From assembly GCA_963782055.1 (NCBI GenBank), contig CAWAIF010000002.1, forward strand, positions 224,001-288,000: a stretch of 64,000 nucleotides of DNA. Reading direction: 5' to 3'. Source of the DNA: an uncultured delta proteobacterium (GTDB lineage: Bacteria > Myxococcota_A > Polyangia > Polyangiales > Polyangiaceae). Of this stretch, positions 50,224 to 63,013 are shown one piece after another. The notes below the pieces were generated by a model, which searched no databases, had not been told where the DNA came from, and worked only from the letters and a program-made list of their open reading frames with translations. Within the stretch, counting starts at the first letter, position 1. The number at the start of each line of letters is the position of its first letter. Both the position numbers and the translations under genes were made by a program.

Positions 50224-51642
50224 GTGGCGTCCCCTGCTAGCGTGTCCGACACGTCCAGCTCCCCGGCGCGCGGGGTACCACCCGCCGCCCGAAGCAATCC
50301 CCGGAGGCCGCAGCGCCTCGGCCCCTACGAGGTGGGCCCCAAGATCGGCGGAGGCGGCATGGCGACCGTCTACCTCGGCCGGCGAGTGGAGGGCGCGCCC
50401 GCCGGCGAGGTGGTCGCGCTGAAGGTGATCAAGGACGAGCTCGCCGGGCAGACCGAGTACGTCCACATGTTCCTGGACGAGGCGAAGATCCTCTCGCGCC
50501 TCTCGCACCCGGACATCATCGAGACGCGCGAGTTCGGCGTGACCGAGGAGAGTCGCTTCATCGCGATGGAGCTGCTCCTCGGACGCTCGCTGATGGACGC
50601 CTGGGACCGGTGCGCGCAGGACGAGGGGCGCATCCCGCTCGACCTCGCGGCGTGGATCGCGGCGCGCGTCGCCGACGCGCTCCAGCACGCCCACGAGCTC
50701 GCCGACGACGCCGGCGCGCCGCTCCACGTCATCCACCGCGACGTCAACCTGACCAACGTCTTTTTGACCTACGACGGCCGCGTGAAGCTCATCGACTTCG
50801 GCCTGGCGAAGGCCAGGGGCCGTCTGGCGCGCAGCGGCGAGGGCATCGTCAAGGGGAAGGTGCCGTACCTCTCGCCGGAGCAGATCGCCGAGCAGCCCAT
50901 CGATCACCGCACCGACATCTACGCGCTGGGCGCGACGCTCTGGGAGATGACGACCGGCCGCCGCCTCTTCAAGCGCGAGACCGACCTGGAGACGCTGAAG
51001 GCGGTGCGCGCGCAGGAGATCCCCGACCCGCGCAACTTCGTCGAGGGCCTGTACCCGGAGGCGATGTGGCGCATCGTGGACACGGCGCTGCGTCGGGAGC
51101 GAAACGAGCGCTACCCGAGCGCCAGGGAGATGGGCGCCGACCTGGACACCTTCCTCGCGAAGTACGGGCGCAAGACGTCGATGGGCGAGGTGCTGACGGC
51201 GTGGCTGGAGGAGCTGTTCCCCGGCGAGAGGGCGGAGCAGGAGGCGTGGCTGGCGAAGGCGCGGGCCGCCGCCGCGCCGCCCCCCGGAGCGCGGCTCACC
51301 ATGCGTCCGCCGGTGCCCGTCGCCGAGGTGGAGGAGGAGCCGACCGCGACGAGCCACGAGGTGGAGGAGGTCGCGCCGGCGCCGGTCGCGCGCCCGTCGG
51401 TGGAGCCCACCTTGCCGGAGGCCGCGCCGGCGGAGGAGGCCGCACCGGTGCCGGTGTCACCGCCGGTCGCTGTCGCGCCGCCGGCCGCGCCGCCGGAGCC
51501 GTCGCCGCCGGAGGCACCAGCGAACGCCCCGGACGGGCCCCCGCCCGCCCCGAAGGAGCGCCACCCGCTGATCGCGGTGCTGGTGCTGCTGCTCACCGTC
51601 GGCGCGATCGCCGGCGCCCTGTACGCCCTCCGCGCTTGCTGA
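50224..51642 (+). CDS. Ser/Thr protein kinase with Pro-rich linker and C-terminal TM anchor
   Basis: IGGGGMA, VALK, MFLDEA, HRDVNLTN, DFG, KGKVPYLSPE. Confidence 0.9.
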   Translation: MASPASVSDTSSSPARGVPPAARSNPRRPQRLGPYEVGPKIGGGGMATVYLGRRVEGAPAGEVVALKVIKDELAGQTEYVHMFLDEAKILSRLSHPDIIETREFGVTEESRFIAMELLLGRSLMDAWDRCAQDEGRIPLDLAAWIAARVADALQHAHELADDAGAPLHVIHRDVNLTNVFLTYDGRVKLIDFGLAKARGRLARSGEGIVKGKVPYLSPEQIAEQPIDHRTDIYALGATLWEMTTGRRLFKRETDLETLKAVRAQEIPDPRNFVEGLYPEAMWRIVDTALRRERNERYPSAREMGADLDTFLAKYGRKTSMGEVLTAWLEELFPGERAEQEAWLAKARAAAAPPPGARLTMRPPVPVAEVEEEPTATSHEVEEVAPAPVARPSVEPTLPEAAPAEEAAPVPVSPPVAVAPPAAPPEPSPPEAPANAPDGPPPAPKERHPLIAVLVLLLTVGAIAGALYALRAC

Positions 51643-51651
51643 GCGCGGGGA

Positions 51652-53112
51652 CTAGTTGTCGCAGCCGGCGCCGAAGACGTGCACGTTGGCGCCCGCGTTG
51701 GCGTCGGGCGTGAGCACGTAGCCGTAGCCGTTGGACGCCGCCGCCGCGAGCTCGTTCGGCTGGAAGGCCAGCACGAAGCGCCGGTTGGGGATGATCGCCG
51801 GCGACGGATCCCGCGTGGCCACCTGCACCGCCGTCTGCGTGGGCGTGGTGGCCGAGGCGGAGAGCACCAGCACCCGCTTGTCGTCCAGCCAGGCGATGGG
51901 CCCGGGGAGCTGCGCGCCGAGGCCCCCCTGGTTGAAGGTCTCGATGTCGACGTGCGTGGTCGCGTCGAAGACCGTGGCCTTCTCGTCCTCCAGCAGCCAC
52001 GCCAGCCGCGCGGAGACGGTGGTGTTGGGGCCGCCGTCGGGCACGGTGACCGACGACGTGCTCCAGAGCACGCCGCCCGTCGGCGTCTGGGCGAGGTAGG
52101 AGGGATTGTAGGTCGTCCCCATCCCTGCCAGCGTCCCCTGCTCGCCCGAGTTCTGTGCGCTGCCGGTGGCGGCGTTCGGCTCCAGGCTGAAGAGGGTGTC
52201 GAAGTTGCCGCCGTTCTGCTGGTGGAAGGTGACGAGGCGCGAGCCGCTCGCCAGGGCGACCCCCGAGCTCGCCGGGATCCCGGCGGTGGCGAAGAAGGAG
52301 ATGGTGTCCAGGTCCTTGAGCGGCGCGGTGATGTGCGCGGCGGGATAGGACAGGTTGTTGTCGTTGCGCACCAGGTAGACGCCGCCGGCGGTGTCCGGGA
52401 GCACCTGGTTGATGGCGGGCACGCTGATCTTCTCGAACACGGTGGTGGCGGAGATCTGCTTGACCGTGGGATCCGAGGGCACGTCCAGCCACGCGATGGG
52501 GACGTTGTAGTCGGGGCCGGTGCCGACGACGCTGCCCACGAAGTAGACCCGCGCGCCGCTCTGCACGATGTACGTCGGGAAGAAGGGCAGGCCGCTCACC
52601 GGGACCGATGGCGGGTTGCTGTCGGTCGGGTCGGCGACGGAGTAGGCGATGACGCCGTTGGTCGTGCCGACGAACACGAAGGGGAAGACGGCCGCGAAGC
52701 AGCGCCGCGCGCCGCCGCCGCCGCCGCCGCAGCCGATGTCACCCAGGGCGACGTGGAAGGAGCCGGCGTGGAAGCCGTAGGAGGTGGGGACGGAGCAGGT
52801 CTTGCTGTTGGAGTCGCAGACCGAGGCCTGGCACGCGGCCGCGGGGCACAGGTCGTAGACGCACTTCTTGCTGGCGGTGTCGCAGTGGCCGGTGAGGCAC
52901 GCGTTGGCCGGCGTGCAGTCCGGATCGCTGGTGCACTCCACCGGGTTGCTGGCGTCGACGCCGGCGTCGCCCGCGTCGCTGGCGGCCGCCTCCGGGCCAC
53001 CATCGCCGCCGGTGATGAGCGACTCGTCCAGGCCGAGCGAGCAGGCCGCGATGCCGCCGGCGGCGAGGAGCATCGCGCCGAGGGAGAGGGAGACGATCTT
53101 GGAGGCGCGCAT
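51652..53112 (-). CDS. Cys-rich lipoprotein with beta-rich C-terminal domain
   Basis: IAAC lipobox, DAG linker, C-x4-C repeats; ATG 53112 overlaps the upstream TGA. Confidence 0.8.
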   Translation of the reverse strand: MRASKIVSLSLGAMLLAAGGIAACSLGLDESLITGGDGGPEAAASDAGDAGVDASNPVECTSDPDCTPANACLTGHCDTASKKCVYDLCPAAACQASVCDSNSKTCSVPTSYGFHAGSFHVALGDIGCGGGGGGARRCFAAVFPFVFVGTTNGVIAYSVADPTDSNPPSVPVSGLPFFPTYIVQSGARVYFVGSVVGTGPDYNVPIAWLDVPSDPTVKQISATTVFEKISVPAINQVLPDTAGGVYLVRNDNNLSYPAAHITAPLKDLDTISFFATAGIPASSGVALASGSRLVTFHQQNGGNFDTLFSLEPNAATGSAQNSGEQGTLAGMGTTYNPSYLAQTPTGGVLWSTSSVTVPDGGPNTTVSARLAWLLEDEKATVFDATTHVDIETFNQGGLGAQLPGPIAWLDDKRVLVLSASATTPTQTAVQVATRDPSPAIIPNRRFVLAFQPNELAAAASNGYGYVLTPDANAGANVHVFGAGCDN

Positions 53113-54098
53113 CAGAACGCCCCCCGTAGCACGAGACCACCCGCCGTGGGGGCGACGAGGAGGCGCGCGCTGGCGTCGCTCCCCTTGTCGGCGACGGGCT
53201 GCGTCTCGTTCTCGTCCGGTGTGGGCTTCGGCTTCGCCTCCTTGGAGGGGAGCAGCACCAGCGTGACGCCGCCGGCGACGAACACGCCGGCGACGATGAA
53301 GGAGACGGTGGTCCACATCGCCAGCGCGTTGGCGTGATCGTAGGCCTGGCGGGTCGGGCCGGCGTTGTAGGCGTCGCCGGCGTCGTTTGCCGAGAGACCG
53401 AGCACGAGCCCGGCGAGGGCCGAGGCCCCGCCCACGCCGATCGCCGCGAAGCCGAGCGACTTGACGATGTTGGTCCTGGCGACCGGCGTCTCCACCACGA
53501 CCTTCTTCTCCGGTTTGGGCGTGGGCGGCGTCTCGGTGGTGTGGTCGGGTGCTGCCTTGGGCGTCACGTCCACCGTCTTCGTCGCGCCGACCTCCAGCGA
53601 GACGTTCTGATTGGTGATCGTCCCGTCGGGCGTCTTGACGTGGAGCGTGTGCATCCCGGGTGTGCCGTGCAGGTGCGCCGGGACGGGTGCCTCCGTCAGG
53701 GTGTCGAGCTGCACCTTGTCACCATCCGGACCGGTGACCGTCAGGGCGCCCATCGTCTTCTCGAGCGAGGCCAGCCGGGACTTGGCCGTGGAGGACTGCT
53801 GGGCGGTGAGGCCCTGCAGGTTGACCGCCCGGCCGTAGGCGTCCGCCGCCCGCTCCGGCTGGCTCGCCTGCTCCCACGAGACGCCCGCGGTGTAGAGCGC
53901 GACCGCGTTCGGCTTGTAGGAGGCGGCGGCCTCGAAGGCCATCGCGGCCTCCTTGAAGCGACCGCTCTCGAACGCCTTCTTGCCGGCATCGAACTGGTGC
54001 TTCGCCTCGGCGGCGGTGTCGGGGGTGTCCTGGGCTTGGGCGAGGGTAGGCGCGGCGCATACGAGCGCGATGCCGGCCAGAAGGGCGCGTGCGTTCAT
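53112..54098 (-). CDS. Exported TPR plus PEGA/Ig-like protein with hydrophobic hairpin and terminal beta-signal-like strand
   Basis: Signal peptide (AQA), TPR-like helices, beta domain, Gly-rich hydrophobic hairpin, ends GGLVLRGAF. Confidence 0.78.
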   Translation of the reverse strand: MNARALLAGIALVCAAPTLAQAQDTPDTAAEAKHQFDAGKKAFESGRFKEAAMAFEAAASYKPNAVALYTAGVSWEQASQPERAADAYGRAVNLQGLTAQQSSTAKSRLASLEKTMGALTVTGPDGDKVQLDTLTEAPVPAHLHGTPGMHTLHVKTPDGTITNQNVSLEVGATKTVDVTPKAAPDHTTETPPTPKPEKKVVVETPVARTNIVKSLGFAAIGVGGASALAGLVLGLSANDAGDAYNAGPTRQAYDHANALAMWTTVSFIVAGVFVAGGVTLVLLPSKEAKPKPTPDENETQPVADKGSDASARLLVAPTAGGLVLRGAF

Positions 54099-54113
54099 GA
54101 AGGTCGAGGATAC

Positions 54114-55895
54114 TCAGTACGGATTGGCGGGGAGAGCAAGATCGGGCGTCGTGCTGGAAGGGGCGGGGCTCCCGGTCTTGCCACCATGCGCCGAGGTGCC
54201 CGCGGAGGTCGTCGCGGGGTGGGGTGTAGGCGCGGGCGTGGGCGTCAGCTTCACCTCCAGGGAGGGGGGCGCCTGGTCGTCGAGCGTCTTGGTGAAGTCC
54301 TGGAAGCCCGCCGCGTGGATGACGACGTCGGTGGTCTTGCCGGCCGCCGGGCGCGGGACCTCGCGCATCGACGGGTCCTGCGTGGTGCCGTCGATCGTCA
54401 GGACGGCGCCGTCGGGCAGGCCGGTGATCGCGATGGGCTTCCCGGCGGCGGGGGGGGTGGCGGAGGGCGCCACGGAGGGCGCGGCGCTGGTCGTCGGCGC
54501 GGGCTCCTTCGGCGTGACCGCGGTGGGCACCGCCGTGTCCGTGGCCGGCGCGGTGGGCACCGGCTTGTCGCCGGCGCCCTGATGGGCGCGCAGCGCGAAG
54601 ATGCCGGCCACCCCGATGAGCGTGGCCACGAGCACGCCGATCGCGGCGGCCACCAGGTACTTGCCGGTGCTCGGCCCCTGCGGCGTGAGCGCGGGGCCCG
54701 TCCCGGAGGAGGCGTCCGACCCGGGGACGCTCGGCGCCGGGGTCGGCGGGTTCGTCGGCCAGGGCGACGCGCCGGCCTGCTGCACGCCGCTCACCACGCT
54801 CTGCACCGAGGGCGTGCCCGTCGTCGGACCGACGCCCACGTGCGCGCCGCTGGCGCTGATGTCGCCGGGCGCGGGGGCGTTGGCGGCGGCGCGGATGCGC
54901 TCGCGGCGCTTGCTCAGCGTGCTCCCCACGCGCTGCTGCACGAAGTGGCCGACGTGCGACTGCGAGACAATCGACCCGCTGTGCGCGAGCCACTCTTCCA
55001 GCGCGTGACGCATGCGGTCCGCCGTGTGGAAGCGCTGCGCGGGGTCCATGGACATCGCCTGCAGGACGATCTTCTCGAGCTCCGGCGGGTAGCTCCGGAT
55101 GATGCGGGAGGGCAGAGTGAACTTGCCCTGCAGGATGGCGTGCATCACCTGGGGATCGCCCTCGCCGGTGAAGGGGCGCTGGCCGGTGGTCGCCTCGTAG
55201 AGGACGATGCCCATGGCGAAGATGTCGCTGCGGCGGTCGACGGGCGCGCCGGTGATCATCTCCGGCGCCATGTAGCCGATCTTGCCCTTCACCTGGCCGG
55301 CCATCGTAGCCGAGTGCATCTGCCCGAGGGCCTTGGCGACGCCGAAGTCCGCCACCTTCACGTTGCCGTCGGCGCTGATCAGGATGTTGTGCGGGGAGAC
55401 GTCGCGGTGCACGACGTTCATCGGTCGGCCCTGCTCGTCGGTCAGGTTGTGCGCGGCGTGCAGGCCGGCGCACGCGTCGGCGACGATGCGCGACGCGAGG
55501 CGCGCGTCCATCGGCGCCATCTTCCCGGAGGAGCGCAGGATGTGGACGAGCGACTCGCCGCTGATCCACTCCATCGCCAGGTACAGGACCTTGCCCTCCT
55601 CGCCGAGCTCGTAGATCTCGCAGACGTTCGGGTGGTGGACGAGGGCGGCGATGCGCGCCTCGTCGAGGAACATGCGCTCGAACTCCGGCTCCTCCGCCAG
55701 GTTGGGGAGGATGGTCTTGATGGCGACGGTCTTGGAGAAGCCGTGGATGCCGTGCTGCCGCGCGGCCCAGACGCGCGCCATGCCGCCCTTGGCGATGGGC
55801 AGGAGCAGCTCGTAGCGCCCGAGACGCGTGCCCCGACGCAGCTCGGTGGTGGCCCCGTCGTCGATCACATCATCTGGCGCGAGCTGCTCCACCAT
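54114..55895 (-). CDS. Membrane Ser/Thr protein kinase with periplasmic PEGA-like domain
   Basis: IAKGGMA, VAIK, HRDVSPHN, DFG, KGKIGYMAPE, TM, PDGAVLTIDG, terminal NPY. Confidence 0.92.
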   Translation of the reverse strand: MVEQLAPDDVIDDGATTELRRGTRLGRYELLLPIAKGGMARVWAARQHGIHGFSKTVAIKTILPNLAEEPEFERMFLDEARIAALVHHPNVCEIYELGEEGKVLYLAMEWISGESLVHILRSSGKMAPMDARLASRIVADACAGLHAAHNLTDEQGRPMNVVHRDVSPHNILISADGNVKVADFGVAKALGQMHSATMAGQVKGKIGYMAPEMITGAPVDRRSDIFAMGIVLYEATTGQRPFTGEGDPQVMHAILQGKFTLPSRIIRSYPPELEKIVLQAMSMDPAQRFHTADRMRHALEEWLAHSGSIVSQSHVGHFVQQRVGSTLSKRRERIRAAANAPAPGDISASGAHVGVGPTTGTPSVQSVVSGVQQAGASPWPTNPPTPAPSVPGSDASSGTGPALTPQGPSTGKYLVAAAIGVLVATLIGVAGIFALRAHQGAGDKPVPTAPATDTAVPTAVTPKEPAPTTSAAPSVAPSATPPAAGKPIAITGLPDGAVLTIDGTTQDPSMREVPRPAAGKTTDVVIHAAGFQDFTKTLDDQAPPSLEVKLTPTPAPTPHPATTSAGTSAHGGKTGSPAPSSTTPDLALPANPY

Positions 55896-56025
55896 CGCAA
55901 CTGGAATTGTACACTCGGAGCAAGCGCTTTTCATCGTGAACGTGCAGCGCGCGCCCATTTGTCGCCAATTTGCCGCACGTCGCGAAATGGATGCGGTGGG
56001 GGACGCGGCAGGCGGCGCCGCCCGG

Positions 56026-57252
56026 TCAGGGTGTCGTGACGTCCACCGCGTCGCGCGCGCGGCGAGCCTCCAGCGCGAAGACGAAGCACTGCATGGCCTG
56101 GCGCAGGGAGACCGCCTCCTTGCGGCGGGCGGCGCGCACCACCGCGCGGAAGGCGAGGTAGCGGGGGCCGGGCAGGCCGAGCAGCGAGGCGCCCAGGGCG
56201 GGATCGCGCGGGGCCTCCATCGACCCGGCGAGCGACGCACCGGAGGCGAGCACGCGCGTGACGAGCACGTCGCACGCGAGCACCGCGACGGCGGCGTCGC
56301 CCGCGCCGATGGCGGCCTCGGCGCGACGCACCACGCCGCGGTCTCCCTCCGGGAAGAGCTCAGCCAGGGAGAGGGAGCCCTCCGGGGCCGGGGCGATCGT
56401 GGACGACTCGGCGAGGATGGCGCTGCGGACCGAGACGGGCGAAGGCCGTCCGGTGGAGATGGGCGCGGAGGAGGGCACGCCGCTCGAGATGGGCGCCGAC
56501 TGCGGCTCCGCCCGCGCCACGGCGACTGCCTCCCGCGCGGAGGCGGTCTCCAGCACCCGGTGCGAGGAGAGCCGCGGCACCGGCGACTCGGCCAGCTCGC
56601 GTACGGCGTCCTCGATGCCCAGCTCATCGGCGTCGAGCAGCACCGGCCGCGAGGAGTCGCCGCGCGGCATGTCCGCCTTGTAGGCCTCCACCACCAGGCG
56701 GGAGATCTTCTCCAGGCCATCGAACACGCCGAGGCAACGCGTGGCGACGGTGGCCGTCGCGGGCGCCGCGAAGAGGTTGAACCGGCGGTCCAGCTCGCCC
56801 TCCGAGACGACCTCCCCCAGGTCGCGCTTGTTCCACTGGAAGGTGTGGGGGATGCGCGACAGGCTCCGCCCGTGCTCGGCGAGGTTGGCGTTGAGATCCT
56901 CCAGCGCCTCCTGGTTGGCGTCCATCCGCGCGGACTGCGAGTCCGCGACGAAGACGATGCCGTCGGCGCCAGTGAGCACCAGCTTGCGCGTCGCGCTGAA
57001 GTAGACCTGCCCGGGCACCGTGAAGAGCTGCAGGCGGACGTTCATGTTGCGCACGCGCGTCACGCGCAGCGGCAGGAAGTCGAAGTAGAGCGTTCGCTCG
57101 GTGGGCGTCGCGAGCGAGACGAGCTTGCCGCGATGCTCCGGCTTGGTGCGCTCGTGGATGGCCTGCAGCGTGGTGGTCTTGCCCCCCAGGCCTGGTCCGT
57201 AGAAGACGACCTTGAAGACCAGCTCGCGCGTGAGGGGATTCAGGGCGGCCAT
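56026..57252 (-). CDS. MglA/SofG-family small GTPase with long C-terminal extension
   Basis: YGPGLGGKTT, ERTLYFDF, TVPGQV, GADGIVFVADS, NKRD. Confidence 0.9.
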   Translation of the reverse strand: MAALNPLTRELVFKVVFYGPGLGGKTTTLQAIHERTKPEHRGKLVSLATPTERTLYFDFLPLRVTRVRNMNVRLQLFTVPGQVYFSATRKLVLTGADGIVFVADSQSARMDANQEALEDLNANLAEHGRSLSRIPHTFQWNKRDLGEVVSEGELDRRFNLFAAPATATVATRCLGVFDGLEKISRLVVEAYKADMPRGDSSRPVLLDADELGIEDAVRELAESPVPRLSSHRVLETASAREAVAVARAEPQSAPISSGVPSSAPISTGRPSPVSVRSAILAESSTIAPAPEGSLSLAELFPEGDRGVVRRAEAAIGAGDAAVAVLACDVLVTRVLASGASLAGSMEAPRDPALGASLLGLPGPRYLAFRAVVRAARRKEAVSLRQAMQCFVFALEARRARDAVDVTTP

Positions 57253-57411
57253 GGGTGGTGGGTCGACGGCTCGCGACCGTCCTACTGGAGTAGCGCGATC
57301 CCGCGCGATGCGGAAGCGGCGAAGCCTCGCGGCGCGCGGGCCCCGCGGGCGGCGAATGGGCGCGGATGTGCTACACCGCCTGCGGCGCGCTGCGAGGCGC
57401 CGACTGAACGC

Positions 57412-58125
57412 ATGGGCTACGTCGACCTGCATTGCCACTGGGTCCCCGGCGTCGACGACGGGGTGAAGACGCCCGCAGACGGCGTGGCCCTGCTCCGCGC
57501 CCTGCGCGACGCCGGCTTCACCACCGCGGTGGCCACCCCCCACATGCGGCCGGGCATGTTCGACAACACCGCCGCCGGGCTGCGCGCGGCGTTCGACGCC
57601 TTCGTCGCGACGCTCCCGGCGGACGTGCCGGAGGTGCACCTCGGCAGCGAGCACTGGCTGGACGACGTGGTCTTTCGCCGCCTGGTGGAGGGCGAGGGAC
57701 TGCCGTACCCCGGCGGTCGCGCGGTGCTCGTCGAGTTCAACCCCCAGGCGTTCCCGCTCCGCCTGCCGGATCGCATCTACGACCTGCGCCGCCGCAAGCT
57801 CGTCCCGGTCATCGCCCACCCGGAGCGCTACCGTCCGGTCTGGGACGACGCCGATGTGCTCGAGCCACTCCTGGACGCCGGCGCGTGCCTGCTCCTGGAC
57901 GTGTGCTCCCTCGTCGGCAAGTACGGCCGGGCGCCCCAGCGCGCCGCCGAGAAGCTGCTGGAGGAGGACGCCTACGAGGCCGCCTGCACCGACGCCCACC
58001 GCCCCGAGGACGTGGTCGAGGTGACCCAATCCATCGCCCGGCTGGCCAAGCTCGTGGGCCCGGAGGAGCGCGACCGCCTGCTGGACGCCGGCCCCCGCGG
58101 CATCCTCCGGGGCGAGGTCGGGTGA
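57412..58125 (+). CDS. PHP-family protein-tyrosine phosphatase (CpsB/CapC/YwqE)
   Basis: DLHCH..PGVDDG, ATPH, IAHPERY, TDAH. Confidence 0.92.
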   Translation: MGYVDLHCHWVPGVDDGVKTPADGVALLRALRDAGFTTAVATPHMRPGMFDNTAAGLRAAFDAFVATLPADVPEVHLGSEHWLDDVVFRRLVEGEGLPYPGGRAVLVEFNPQAFPLRLPDRIYDLRRRKLVPVIAHPERYRPVWDDADVLEPLLDAGACLLLDVCSLVGKYGRAPQRAAEKLLEEDAYEAACTDAHRPEDVVEVTQSIARLAKLVGPEERDRLLDAGPRGILRGEVG

Positions 58126-58183
58126 GCGGTGGACTCAGAAACTGCCGGGTAGGGCCCTTCGTGCTATGAGACCACCGCTTTCC

Positions 58184-59359
58184 ATGGCGGACGCGCCCGA
58201 GCACTCTTCTCCCTCCCCTGGCTTTCTTCGCCGCCACGCGGGCCGGTTCGCCGTCTCGCTCGTGCTGCTTGTGTGCGTCGTGTGGGGGCTCGAGCACTCC
58301 GGGCTGAACCTGGTGCCGCCGGCCGCGGCCTTCGCCCACGTGCGGTGGGTGATCGTCCCAGTCTACCTGCTCGTCGTCATGACGATGACGTACTTCCGCG
58401 CGGCGCGCTGGCGCTACCTGCTCGCCGGAGTCGCGGTGAAGGTGCCGCGCGCCAAGATCCTGAGCGTGTCGCTCGTGGGCTTCGCCGCCATCATGCTGTT
58501 GCCGCTGCGCCTCGGCGAGTTCGTGCGCCCGGCGATGATGCGCGAGAAGGGCAAGATCTCCTTCTCCGCCGCCACCGGGACCATCATCACCGAGCGCGTG
58601 GTGGACGGCCTCTTCCTCAGCACCGTGCTGGCGGTGTCGCTCCTCGTCGTCCCGACGATCCAGCCGCTGCCGGTCCACGTCGTCGACCTCCCCGTCACCG
58701 TCAGGCAGGTGCGCTACTACGCCTTCGTGACGCTGGGCGGGTTCTCCACCGCCTTCGTCGTCATCGCCGTCTACTTCTTCGCGCGCAAGTGGGCGCACCG
58801 CATCACCCTCGCCGTCGTCGGCGTCGTGTCGCGCCCGCTCGCCGAGCGCCTCGCCGGGGAGGCGGAGCGCCTGGCGGACGGCCTGGCGGTGCTGCGCAAC
58901 GGCCGCGCCGCCGCCGGCTTCCTCTTCGAGACGACGCTCTACTGGCTCCTCAACGCCCTGGGCATGTGGCTGCTCGCCTGGGGCGTGGGCCTGCAGCACG
59001 CCAACGGCTCGCCCGTCACCTTCGGCGAGGCGTGCGCGATGATGGGCATGCTTGGCGTGACGATCCTCATCCCCGGCCCGCCCGGGCTGCTCGGCATCTT
59101 CCAGGCGGGCATGTTCTGCGGCATGACGATGTACTTCCCCGCCGAGCTCGTGCACGGCCGCGGGGCGGTCTACGCGTGCCTGGTCTTCTCCGTGCAGGCG
59201 CTCTTCACCATCATCGCCGGCGGCAGCGCCCTCTTCTCCGGGCACACGACGCTCAAGTCGCTCTCCCACGCCGAGATGGAGGCAGGCCAGAGCGGCGGGG
59301 GGGCTGACGCGGGCGCCGCCCACGACGCCAAGAGCGTCGCGGTGGCCGAGCCCTCCTGA
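58184..59359 (+). CDS. UPF0104 / LPG-synthase-TM flippase-like membrane protein
   Basis: RAARW, LPLRLGEFVR, ERVVDG, PGPPGLLGIFQ; alternative start 58166. Confidence 0.85.
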   Translation: MADAPEHSSPSPGFLRRHAGRFAVSLVLLVCVVWGLEHSGLNLVPPAAAFAHVRWVIVPVYLLVVMTMTYFRAARWRYLLAGVAVKVPRAKILSVSLVGFAAIMLLPLRLGEFVRPAMMREKGKISFSAATGTIITERVVDGLFLSTVLAVSLLVVPTIQPLPVHVVDLPVTVRQVRYYAFVTLGGFSTAFVVIAVYFFARKWAHRITLAVVGVVSRPLAERLAGEAERLADGLAVLRNGRAAAGFLFETTLYWLLNALGMWLLAWGVGLQHANGSPVTFGEACAMMGMLGVTILIPGPPGLLGIFQAGMFCGMTMYFPAELVHGRGAVYACLVFSVQALFTIIAGGSALFSGHTTLKSLSHAEMEAGQSGGGADAGAAHDAKSVAVAEPS

Positions 59360-59406
59360 TCGACGAAAACTTGGCCCAGAGGCGCGGGTGGACGTAGCCG
59401 GATGGC

Positions 59407-59895
59407 ATGCGCCGCCCTGCCCTCTTCTCCTCCCTCCTGCACGGCGCCGCGGGGCCCCTCAGCGGCGCGGCCTTCGGCCTGCTCGTCGCGGGGGCGGTGG
59501 TGCTCTCCACCTCCGATGCCCGCGCGCGCTCCACCTACCAGTCGTCCTACGGCTACGACCGCACGTGGAACGCCGCCCTGCGGATGGTGCGCGTCGACAT
59601 GAGCTTCAAGGTGGACGAAAAGGACGAGAAGGACGGCTACCTGCTCTTCGAGTACAGGTCGCCGGAGTCGGGCAAGCGCCCCTCTCCGGGGTCGATCGAG
59701 ATCATACACGACTCCAAGGACCCCGACGCCCCGGTGGAGGTCATCGTGCAGCTCCCGCAGATGCCGCAGTACCACGAGCAGGTGATGGTCGACGCGCTCG
59801 TCCAGAAGATGCGCAAGGAGTACGGTGACCCGCCGGAGCACCGGCCCCCGCCGCCGAAGCCCGAACCCGACGCCGGCGCCCCCGACGCCGGCTGA
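59407..59895 (+). CDS. Hypothetical exported protein
   Basis: Signal-like N-terminus, globular core, Pro-rich PDAGAPDAG tail. Confidence 0.7.
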   Translation: MRRPALFSSLLHGAAGPLSGAAFGLLVAGAVVLSTSDARARSTYQSSYGYDRTWNAALRMVRVDMSFKVDEKDEKDGYLLFEYRSPESGKRPSPGSIEIIHDSKDPDAPVEVIVQLPQMPQYHEQVMVDALVQKMRKEYGDPPEHRPPPPKPEPDAGAPDAG

Positions 59896-59901
59896 GCCGC
59901 G

Positions 59902-63012
<3,111 letters not shown>

Positions 63013-63013
63013 G

